From Phoronis australis (lineage: Eukaryota > Animalia > Phoronida): 64,000 bases of DNA. Below are positions 22,701 to 34,700 of this stretch, one piece after another; position 1 is the stretch's first letter; the number at the start of each line of letters is the position of its first letter. A program made the position numbers and the translations under genes. The stretch covers positions 62,001 through 126,000 of the forward strand of contig NMRA01000258.1 of assembly GCA_002633005.1 (NCBI GenBank), read 5' to 3'. The notes below the pieces were generated by a model that had not been told where the DNA came from, ran no database searches, and saw only the letters and a list, made by a program, of their open reading frames with translations.

Positions 22701-25700
22701 GTTGAGGCCTGTTGTGAACACAGTCATGAGAAATATAGCATTCCCTCTAACACGACTCACCAAGCGATTCTAAGAACACCAAGTCTATGGGCACTAGTAA
22801 CTTACAAGGGCCCCGGATTATGACAACCAATTTGATGCCTGTTATAAAGTGGAAGAAACTGGTTCTCAAAACCAGTGACCCCTGTAAGTGACTTTTACAA
22901 GGTAATGCATACTTCGAAAATTGGTCTTGTATGTTCCCTACTAGGATAAAAACTAACTTCTGTTGACGAATCCTGAGAGCTTGGCAGCAAATGGTCACGC
23001 AAATTATCACAGTTTAAACAATCACAATACACCATTACCAACTTGGTCATTAGTGTGAAGCTAAGTGTCTAGTTCCTAATTCTCAGTAATAAAATACAAA
23101 ATGGTCACCGTTTCACACAAACCATGATTGTAAAAGTTGAACTCCACCTCCAACTGCTTTCAACCCTGGCCAAAGTATGACTAACAATGTCGTTTGGAAG
23201 GCGCGAAAACAACCGAGTGCTCAACACCCTAAGGGCTATTTTCAACAGTGTGGTTACAACTTTCTATCAATCACGACACTGCCATTTTGTTCCAACTGGC
23301 AAATGAAAAAAACGAAAATAAATTGTCTACAAACAAAGTACTGACTGGGCACCGAGAGCTTTCCATCGTTGGAAGAATGTGACGCTGTCCATCTCCTTGG
23401 CTTCAGCAAACTTGTTGATCATCAGGGGAAGCCGCACAGTAATTTTCTGCTGAGCACCACTATGTCTGCAACATGAGAAATGTCTCATATAAGTTGTGCA
23501 GGAACGCTCACTATCAAGTACACAAAACAGTCCAGGTGCTTGCTAGACAAGAGACAACATTACTGTAAAAGTTCAACAACATATTCACATCTGTCTCCTG
23601 CATCTCTCTTCTAATCTTCAGTTGTGCAGCACAGAGACTGACGGAAGAATCGCTCAACAGCGACACTTCCAAACATTTGCTGTACTATTTTACAAAAAGA
23701 AAGTCTTCATTGCATGAAACTACCAGAAATCATCTCCAAATGCTGAAAATCATCTTTATGAAGAAGGAACACTACAACATACAAGGCCCAGCATGTGTCA
23801 GGTATGGGAGTACCCCCACGAACAGAGAACTCACAAGAACTGTACAGTGAGCACGGGGGGCTGTAAGAAGTCGGTGACGCACTCCACGTTGATCAACTGT
23901 TGCTGTTGTGCACCAGCTTCAATGATTGGTTCCATAGGCTTTGCGTCTACGTTGAGGCGTACACAGTCGTTAAGAAAACATTATGCACTTATTGATTAGG
24001 CCCACAGCAGGGCTACACTAGGCTAAAGCCTACTGACAAAATGATTAGGCACACTGCAGGTCTACACTAGCCTAAAGCACACTGATATGAACATAACAGC
24101 AGTTTCCTATGAGAAAATTGCCAGTTTATTTAGAAAATTAATCTCACAACTTGTTCTGTACCACCACTAGAAGTAACTCTGAAGCTCTGGAAGAACAAAC
24201 AAGTTGCAGCTCCTAACTACTGGACTCTATCACCAGCTCAGGTCACCATATTAAAGTGACAAAAACAACATATTGTGTCAGCAGGTTTGAGAATTGACTG
24301 GTTTCCATGACAACAACTAGACAGAGTTGTTACTACCTGACTCTAGCTGCTTTGTAGTATTAATGATGGTTTCCATGACAACAACTAGACAGAGTTGTTA
24401 CTACCTGACTCTAGCTGCTTTGTAGTATTAATGATGGTTTCCATGACAACAACTAGACAGAGTTGTTACTACCTGACTCTAGCTGTTTTGTAGTATTAAT
24501 GAGACAAAAACAGACCCAATTCATTCCAAAGTTCACAAAACGATGATCATGGGCTAATGTGCATAGATAAGCTTTGTAAACAAAACAAAACAGACAGAGG
24601 TGGTAGTAATCCAATACAACATGACTCAAATCACTTTATATAGAACATGGCTCCACTAAAATATTTTTATCCAAAACTTGGCAAACTTGGTCCTCACATG
24701 ACATAAAATGACTGCATCTAATATANTATTAATGAGACAAAAACAGACCCAATTCATTCCAAAGTTCACAAAACGATGATCATGGGCTAATGTGCATAGA
24801 TAAGCTTTGTAAACAAAACAAAATAGACAGAGGTGGTAGTAATCCAATACAACATGACTCAAATCACTTTATATAGAACACGGCTCCACTAAAATATTTT
24901 TATCCAAAACTTGGCAAACTTGGTCCTCACATGACATAAAATGACTGCATCTAATATACACCAGAACAGTAGTGACAAAGGATATTGTTGGCAGGCTCTC
25001 CAGAACTGGTAACAACCGAGCTAAAACCAGACAGCTGGAATGACGTCTTGTTGCCAAAGAACAGGCCTAGCCGCGCCAGGTTCTGCTTGTACTCACACTT
25101 ACAGCCCAGCTGTATTATGTCGTTTTCAAACAACACGCCGTTGTTTTTGCACACAAAACTGAAAAGTTAAGAACAGGCAAGTTTGAGCAAGTTTCAAGAC
25201 TGTACGGCAGTTTAACAGGAGGAATTAATAATGATTGGCTGCTAGAGTTTTAGAAGTCAACTTGAGACTGAGTTTTTGAAATAAAATTATAAAACCTGCT
25301 TTACTTACTAGCTTACCATGCCAAACATTCCGCTTACATGGTGCACCTGGATTTGTACAGACAAACTGAGTTTAGTGTTACTAAACACCACCTACAGTTA
25401 ATACCATTTCCTTGTCACACTGAGTCATTCCAATGGTGAATCCCACTTGCACTCCGCAATCATGATGGAGAATTTTGGGTATCTTTATCTCATCTTTGAC
25501 ATGTAGTGTAGATCAATCAACCAGTTAGAGGGCATTCACTCAGGAATTTTAACACGTACAGCCATTAGATCATAGGTGAGTAGTTAAGTCCACATGCTAA
25601 AACACCTTACCTGTTGAAGTTATCCTCTCCTGCTATTGCTAGGCCATTATGAGCAGCAGGGGTAGGAGCTGGAGTGTCAAATAAATCCACTAATGAGGCA

Positions 25701-28700
25701 GCAGCTGGGGCTGTGGTTTGTGTAGCAGGGGGCGTTGACAGTCCGAGGAGGTCGATGGAGGCGGCGGCTGGCTCAGCTGGGGCTGCAGCGACAGGCTAAA
25801 ACAAGACAATGGGAGTAGCAGAAACCTGAGGCAAATAGAATTGCGGAACAAAACAAACGGAAAAAAGACGCAAACACAATCTGTGGATTGGTTATCCACA
25901 ATAATACAGGTGAGCCGCATTGTTATTCTCCTGCTTGTATGAAAATGCTGATCACACTTGGTTGTTGAGTTTAAAGTTCATATTTGACAGGGAAATATCG
26001 AGTTCATACNNNNNNNNNNNNNNNNNNNNNNNNNNNNNNNNNNNNNNNNNNNNNNNNNNNNNNNNNNNNNNNNNNNNNNNNNNNNNNNNNNNNNNNNNNN
26101 NNNNNNNNNNNNNNNNNNNNNNNNNNNNNNNNNNNNNNNNNNNNNNNNNNNNNNNNNNNNNNNNNNNNNNNNNNNNNNNNNNNNNNNNNNNNNNNNNNNN
26201 NNNNNNNNNNNNNNNNNNNNNNNNNNNNNNNNNNNNNNNNNNNNNNNNNNNNNNNNNNNNNNNNNNNNNNNNNNNNNNNNNNNNNNNNNNNNNNNNNNNN
26301 NNNNNNNNNNNNNNNNNNCTGACATTTTTATACTGCATTATCTTCTAGATTGGGGGGTTCTCTACAGAATTCATGATTAATGATTTGGTTCACAACAACT
26401 GACATTTTTATACTGCATTATCTTCTAGATTGGGGGGTTCTCTACAGAATTCATGATTAATGATTTGGTTCACAACAACTGACATTTTTATACTGCATTA
26501 TCTTCTAGATTGGGGGGTTCTCTACAGAATTCATGATTAATGATTTGGTTCACAACAACTGACATTTTTATACTGCATTATCTTCTAGATTGGGGGGTTC
26601 TCTACAGAATTCATGATTAATGATTTGGTTCACAACAACTGACATTTTTATACTGCATTATCTTCTAGATTGGGGGGTTCTCTACAGAATTCATGATTAA
26701 TGATTTGGTTCACAACAACTGACATTTTTATACTGCATTATCTTCTAGATTGGGGGGTTCTCTACAGAATTCATGATTAATGATTTGGTTCACAACAACT
26801 GACATTTTTATACTGCATTATCTTCTAGATTGGGGGGTTCTCTACAGAATTCATGATTAATGATTTGGTTCACAACAACTGACATTTTTATACTGCATTA
26901 TCTTCTAGATTGGGGGGTTCTCTACAGAATTCATGATTAATGATTTGGTTCACAACAACTGACATTTTTATACTGCATTATCTTCTAGATTCCATCAGGC
27001 AGCTCCTGACACATAACTGAGGCACAATAATAATCAATAATAATCAGCCTCGCTGCACGTCCTGTAGACGTAGGGGTGCCACCTCATTCAACAAAACACT
27101 CCTGAATTGTATCATACTTTATAGCCAGGCTAATACCTTCTCCTCAAAATATCCTTAATGTTCAGATTGATAGTTATTATCACAGCCTAGCAGGAGTGTA
27201 TCCCACCATCAGCTCCCTGACACTGTACGTTATACTTCCATGTTTATTCTGCACATGGTTTGTACAACAGTTTTTCGACATAGCGGCATCAAGAAGTTAG
27301 AGTTCTTTCAATTACGATGAAGTTTTAGGAATAATGAACACAGACTGTCAACTAAATCTAAAGCTACAATAAGCTTGTGTTCTATCTAATGCAAACTTTT
27401 AATTTAATCCACTGTTCGATTCAAAATTAGTCTCAAATTATTCCTTGCTCAGATGAGAAGTGATTTGCTACAGACCAAGCTCTACAAGCTGGCTTGTCAC
27501 AATGTGTCAGTTATGTGTCAAGCATGGTCTCAAGAAATAACAAACAGTCAGTTCTTCCAAAGCTCTAAAATTACCTGCACCTTGACACAGGAACAATTTG
27601 AGACCAATTCCAAATGGTCTAGATCGCAAGTTTATAGAAATCGTAACGTTACGTGTGTAATATAAGTCAACTTCATGAGGCTGATGACTTGGTGACCAAA
27701 CAATACAAAGTGTTGCGAATAAAAAAAGCAGTTCCGTGCACAACTGGTAACAAAGCCTACCTCTGACAACAGGATAGGTTCAGGAACAGCAGCGGCAGTG
27801 ACCTGGGCAGTGGGTCGAGGTTTAGCATCGGGAGCCTCACTGACACCATCTGGCTTTTTCTTCTTCAGTTTGGCCAGGATGGACGACTCTCTCTCAGGGA
27901 ACGGTGGCATTTCTTCCAGAACAGTCGCCTACAAACAGTGCAAACCATGCGAGTTAGGACAGAATAGGGTCAACTAAGGTTGTTGTTGGATACACGGAAA
28001 ATTAAGGACGAAATTTCATAGAAATCTTGACAAAAAACATGTTGAACAATAGTGCATGTCATGTCAAGTACATGTTTCTGAAATGGTAGACTAAATAGGG
28101 AAATAGGAAATAGTCAATAAGATCTAAGTTGCTGATTCCCTGACAGCATAGCAAATCTGAACTCATATTAATTTTCATTACCCAGATATAATGCTTCGCG
28201 GTTTCTGGGTTTGTTATTATTTCTTTGTATGTTCTGTGTATCCTTCAATAAATATATATCACAGTGAAAAAAAAATTTCATTACGCTGAAAACTATTTGC
28301 AACAATTTAACACAATCCCAGAAGGTATCTGGCACCAACTGACCAACCCAGAATGAGATGAGTGGCGACATCTACATTTAGTTACTGTAATACTGTTGTT
28401 TCATATTGCCAACTGTCAGGAAACGAATGTTTGCAAGTGGTGTCTAGGCAAGTGATAGCAGCAAATCACAGGCAATATTTCAATCACATTCCATCAAGAA
28501 AACAAAGAAGTTTAACTTGTGAAATGTAGCATCATATGGAAGCTAACAATTGGCTGGAAAATATGGAGTAGGAAGACCCAAAATAATAGAGGGGACAAGT
28601 ACCCACACTGTGCATGGGAAAGTTGGAAAAGACCAAATTTTCCTGTGACTTTAAAAACATACAATAGCTGCATATTTCTAAAACGATAGTTGTCTCAATA

Positions 28701-31700
28701 TTACAGGACTGGAAACTTCTTAAAATTGTACCTTAGTTTTTAAAAAGCTTACATTTTTGTCACCATGGCAACCATTACTGGACAGTTGCGGAAAAGTTAC
28801 GTTTTCAAAGGCTACTCTTTAAGGTGGGAGGCTACGCCAAAAATTCAACCAATCACAGAATGAAAACCGTTAGAGATAACTGGTTGAAATTTGGCACACA
28901 GATAAAACACACCAAAATACACATAAAAACATTCATTTTATTGAAGTGTTGCCATGGTAACCATCAAAATAGCAAAAAAATGAAAATTGCTGACTACGCA
29001 TTTTTTTCCCCTTCCTGAAAACATACGTTTGCCTGAGAATGAATGAAAGTAGTTTTAATGCACACTAGAGATGTTAGTGAGTGCAATAAGAATGATTTCA
29101 GTCATCCTTAATTACAATTGGAGAGTAGCACAAAATTGTCGACACAAAGTTATTTTCGTTTCACAATTTTTTTAACAAAATCCAAAAAAAAACATAGAAA
29201 TCTCAAAGATGTGAACTTCTAGTATGTCTCATTGCATTCAGCAGACCATTTTACATAGGAATGGTAAGTTTTATTACAGTAGGTTCACTAGAACAAATTT
29301 TATAAGGGGAGAAACATCTCGAAATTGCAAAAAAGTGAGTTTCGAGAAAACAGCTTGTAAAGTTTGTATACAACATCACGAAATGCTACGTCAACATATT
29401 TATATTTTATGCTGTTTTATGTTCACAATATTAAAGTTCTTAATGTTTTAGCTGATGGTAAGCTCTTAAAAGCCTCCTGGGGCATACTGGACACCCTCTC
29501 TGCCCTGTCGCTCCTGGCGTTCTCTCAGACGACCACGTTCCACAGCTTCACGACGAGCTTGCGCTTTGTTGGTGCATTTGCGATTTGATTTTGAGACCCG
29601 AGCAACATCGCTGGCTTCACTATATCTGACTGCGTAATTTCCAGCCACAACATCAAGCTCAGCAAGTACATCAAGCATGGCTGATGACCCCTTATTGAAT
29701 CGCTGAATGCAGATGGCAAGGGCGGTGTCAACTGATCTGCGAGACGACCAGCGCTCCTTAGGGCAAACTCGCCATACTGTTGAATGAAATGCCTCATTGG
29801 CATTTGAGGTCTTTCCACTTAGACATCTCCTAAGCAGCTGCTGATCTCCTAATCTCTGATATATTGGCACGAGCTGCAGCCCTATCTCACGTGGCAAGGT
29901 TCCAGAGTGAGGCCGCGGAACCTCATTCATAGCCCGTGCTCTGTTGTAAAAGCACCAGGAATCTTCCCCCCTTGGACATCTGGCGTGGTGAGGATCGTCA
30001 TCAGTTGATATTGTGTGGAAAAAAGAAGCCCAAACAGCCTGCTCCATTTTTTCCAGGTCACCTGGATTGTCTTTTATTGCTCTCCCATAATAGTTTGTTA
30101 ATTTCTTGATGGTCTTCTCGGTCAGTTTGCCACGACCGCTAATAGACTCGCCACGGGCTTTCTTCTGCTCTACCAAGTTTCTCAATGCTGTGCCCATTCG
30201 CTTACACACATGATTGGTGCAATCAGCTTTTTCCACCGGGTATATATCTGCTTGCTGAATGGCAGCATAGGTTTTAGCGTCGCCATCACTAAGCACAGTA
30301 GAATACTTGAAATTNCAGGCTAAAACAAGACAATGGGAGTAGCAGAAACCTGAGGCAAATAGAATTGCGGAACAAAACAAACGGAAAAAAGCCGCAAACA
30401 CAATCTGTGGATTGGTTATCCACAATAATACAGGTGAGCCGCATTGTTATTCTCCTGCTTGTATGAAAATGCTGATCACACTTGGTTGTTGAGTTTAAAG
30501 TTCATATTTGACAGGGAAATATCGAGTTCATACATCGCAGTGATGTCTTAAGTTTGTATCTGACAGTGAAGTTTCAAGTTCAGCGAAATTTTAATTTTCA
30601 AGTTTATATCTGACAGAGGAGTTTCGAGGGTTCTCTACTGAATTCATGATTAAATGATTTGGTTCAAAACAACTGACATTTTTATACTTCATTATCTTCT
30701 AGATTCCATCAGGCAACTCCTGACACATAACTGAGGCACAATAATAATCAATAATAATCAGCCTCGCTGCACGTCCTGTAGACGTAGGGGTGCCGCCTCA
30801 TTCAACAAAACACTCCTGAATTGCATCATACTTTATAGCCAGGCTAATACCTTCTCCTCAAAATATCCTTAATGTTCAGATTGATAGTTGTTATCACAGC
30901 CTAGCAGGAGCGTATCCCATCATCAGCTCCCTGACACTGTACGTTATACTTCCACGTTTATTCTGCACATGGTTTGTGCAACAGTTTTTCGACATAGCGG
31001 CATCAAGAAGTTAGTTCTTTCAATTACGATGAAGTTTTATGAATAATGAACACAGATTGTCAACTAAATCTAAAGCTACAATAAGCTCGCGTTCTATCTA
31101 ATGCAAACTTTAAATTTAATCCACTGTTCGATTCAAAATCAGTCTCAAATTATTCCTTGCTCAGATGAGAAGTGATTTGCTGTAGACCAAGCTCTACGAG
31201 TTAGCTTGTCACGACGTGTCATTTGTTATAGTTGGAGACCAAGCTCTACAAGCTGGCTTGTCATGACGTGTCATTTGTTATAGTTGGAGACCAAGCTCTA
31301 CAAGCTGGCTTGTCATGACGTGTCATTTGTTATAGTTGGAGACCAAGCTCTACAAGCTGGCTTGTCACAATGTGTCAGTTATGCGTCAAGCATGGTCTCA
31401 AGAAATAACAAACAGTCAGTTCTTCCAAAGCTCTAAAATCACCTGCACCTTGACACAGGAACAATTTGAGACCAATTCCAAATGGTCTAGATCGCAAGTT
31501 TATAGAAATCGTAACGTTACGTGTGTGTTATGAGTCAACTTCATGAGGCTGATGACCTGGTGACCAAACAATACAAAGTGTTGTGAATAAAAAAAGCAGT
31601 TCTGTGCACAACTGGTAAATAAGCCTACCTCTGACAACAGGATAGGTTCAGGAACAGCAGCTGCAGTGACCTGGGCAGTGGGTCGAGGTTTAGCATCGGG

Positions 31701-34700
31701 AGCCTCACTGACACCATCTGGCTTTTTCTTCTTCAGTTTGGCCAGGATGGACGACTCTCTCTCAGGGAACGGTGGCATTTCTTCCAGAACAGTCGCCTAC
31801 AAACAGTGCAAACCATGCGAGTTAGGACAGAATAGGGTCAACTAAGGCTGTTGTTGGATACACGGAAAATTAAAGACGAAATTTCATAGAAATCTTGACA
31901 AAAAACATGTCGAACAATAGTGCATGTCATGTCAAGTACATGTTTCCGAAATGGTAGACTAAATAGGGGAACAGGAAATAGTCAATAAGATCTAAGTTGC
32001 TGATTCCCTGACAGCATAGCAAATCTGAACTCATATTAATTTTCATTACACTGAAAACTATTTGCAACTATTTAACACAATCCCAGAAGGTATTCGGCAC
32101 CAACTGACCAACCCAGAACAAGATGCGTAGCGATGTCTACATTTACTTAAAGTAATACTGTTGTTTCATATTGCCAACTGTCAGGAAACGAATGTTTGCT
32201 AGTGGTGTCTAGGCAAGTGACCGCAGCAAATCACAGGCAATATTTCAATCACATTCCATCAAGAAAAAACGTTCTGAACACTTTTAAAGAAGTTTAATTT
32301 GTGAATTGGTGCATTATATGGAAGCGTATAATTGGCTGGAAAATACGAAGTGTGTAGGAAGACCAAAATAATAGAGAGGACAAGTACCGACACTGTGCGT
32401 AGGAAGACCAAAATAATAGAGGGGACAAGTACCGACACTGTAAGTAGGAAACCAAAATAATAGAGGGGACAAGTACCGACACTGTGCGTAGGAAGACCAA
32501 AATAATAGAGGGGACAAGTACCGACACTGTGCGTAGGAAGACCAAAATAATAGAGGGGACAAGTANNNNNNNNNNNNNNNNNNNNNNNNNNNNNNNNNNN
32601 NNNNNNNNNNNNNNNNNNNNNNNNNNNNNNNNNNNNNNNNNNNNNNNNNNNNNNNNNNNNNNNNNNNNNNNNNNNNNNNNNNNNNNNNNNNNNNNNNNNN
32701 NNNNNNNNNNNNNNNNNNNNNNNNNNNNNNNNNNNNNNNNNNNNNNNNNNNNNNNNNNNNNNNNNNNNNNNNNNNNNNNNNNNNNNNNNNNNNNNNNNNN
32801 NNNNNNNNNNNNNNNNNNNNNNNNNNNNNNNNNNNNNNNNNNNNNNNNNNNNNNNNNNNNNNNNNNNNNNNNNNNNNNNNNNNNNNNNNNNNNNNNNNNN
32901 NNNNNNNNNNNNNNNNNNNNNNNNNNNNNNNNNNNNNNNNNNNNNNNNNNNNNNNNNNNNNNNNNNNNNNNNNNNNNNNNNNNNNNNNNNNNNNNNNNNN
33001 NNNNNNNNNNNNNNNNNNNNNNNNNNNNNNNNNNNNNNNNNNNNNNNNNNNNNNNNNNNNNNNNNNNNNNNNNNNNNNNNNNNNNNNNNNNNNNNNNNNN
33101 NNNNNNNNNNNNNNNNNNNNNNNNNNNNNNNNNNNNNNNNNNNNNNNNNNNNNNNNNNNNNNNNNNNNNNNNNNNNNNNNNNNNNNNNNNNNNNNNNNNN
33201 NNNNNNNNNNNNNNNNNNNNNNNNNNNNNNNNNNNNNNNNNNNNNNNNNNNNNNNNNNNNNNNNNNNNNNNNNNNNNNNNNNNNNNNTGCGTAGGAAGAC
33301 CAAAATAATAGAGAGGACAAGTACCGACACTGTGCGTAGGAAGACCAAAATAATAGAGAGGACAAGTACCGACACTGTGCGTAGGAAGACCAAAATAATA
33401 GAGAGGACAAGTACCGACACTGTGCGTAGGAAGACCAAAATAATAGAGAGGACAAGTACCGACACTGTGCGTAGGAAGACCAAAATAATAGAGAGGACAA
33501 GTACCGACACTGTGCGTAGGAAGACCAAAATAATAGAGAGGACAAGTACCGACACTGTGCGTAGGAAGACCAAAATAATAGAGAGGACAAGTACCGACAC
33601 TGTGCGTAGGAAGACCAAAATAATAGAGAGGGCAAGTACTGACACTGTGCATGGGAAAGGTGGGGAAGACCAAATTTTCCTGTGACTTTAAAAACATACA
33701 ATAGCTGCATATTTCTAAAACGATAGTTGTCTCAATATTACAGGACTGAAAACTTCTTAAAATTGTACTTTAATTTTTAAAAAGCTTACATTTTTGTCAC
33801 CACGGCAACCATTACTGGACAGTTGCGGAAAAGTTACGTTTTCAAAGGCCACTCTTTATGTTTGATTGCAACAGCAACACTTAAACTGCACAATCAATTG
33901 CTCGAAAACAGTCCTTGTTGGTGCTATATTTGGGGAATCAGTGATAAGTTAGCTGAGATATGTCTAAAATCGTAGAGCTGCTCTGCAAAATGGGTGAGAC
34001 TTAGATCATTAATTGCATACAAAAACTATTATACGAAAAGTTTGGGCTCAGTAATTCTTCACTCACCAAAACGTCTGTTGTTGCCACACTGCTCAACTGT
34101 AAATACTCTACCGCCCTCTGCTGGAGTTCCACGTCAGCATTCCTGATTTGGTTGTCACTGCGCAGAATCTACAACATTTACACAATCAATCAAATCCACA
34201 GACCACCAGGTGTCTATTTTGATCACAATTATTATTTAATATCCACTCTTTGATGATGATTACAAACAACGCTGTCACAAAGTATCCAGCATGTTTACAA
34301 ATTTCAAAGTAATTCCAATGTACCTTTGAAGCAATGCAATCGTGATTGTTCCTTTGTCGATGTCAAGATGACACAGCTTGTATGAACCAAGTGTGTGTAC
34401 CGCGAGCAGGTGTGTGTGTGTGTACTATGACGAGGAGTGCGTATCCGACCAGAAATGTGTACCAAAACCAGGAGCGTGTGCAATGACCAGCAATGTGTAC
34501 CGCATCCAGGAATGTGTACCCCGACCAGATGTCTGTCACCCGATCAGAAGTGTGCACCCCGACCAGAAGCATGTACTGCGACCAGGAATTTGTACCACCA
34601 CCAAAAGTGTGTACTGCGACCAGGTGTGTGTACCGCGACCAGGAGTGAGTACTTTAATTCGGTGTGTGTACAGTGACAAGGTGCGTGTACCAAGGGAAGT

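Larger units (their letters stand above)
23959..24985 (-). other. U12-type (minor spliceosome) AT-AC intron
   Basis: 5' end ATATCCTTT (24985-24977), branch site TTTTCTTAAC (23978-23969) ~10 nt before the terminal AC (23960-23959). Joining here keeps the AP2A frame. Confidence 0.92.
25792..33858. repeat. Duplicated ~3-kb segment: copy A 25792-28821, copy B 30316-33858 (probable two haplotypes joined at N 30315)
   Basis: Colinear, slightly divergent copies, each with AP2A exon 16. Copy B begins immediately after a single N that also truncates the transposon. Confidence 0.85.

Noticed and set aside
24301-24450. X-box-like GTTTCCATGACAAC repeated three times in the U12 intron
   Set aside because: It is part of a local tandem repeat far from any promoter, and similar CCATGG(C/T)AAC motifs occur in nearby transposon sequence.
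25920-26348. ORFs spanning the N run
   Set aside because: Artefacts of the assembly gap.
26319-26990. Regular repeat arrays resembling CRISPR (also 32354-33650 and 45422-45793)
   Set aside because: Units are head-to-tail with no unique spacers, there are no cas genes, and the context is a eukaryotic intron.
30316-30425. Hydrophobic N-terminus of the 319-aa transposase ORF (apparent signal peptide fusion)
   Set aside because: It lies across the N at 30315 and is intronic AP2A sequence from the other copy, so the fusion is a chimeric join.
32259-33710. Long ORFs (up to 483 aa) with 15-aa repeats
   Set aside because: They are translations of a 45-bp minisatellite plus an N gap inside an AP2A intron, not genes.
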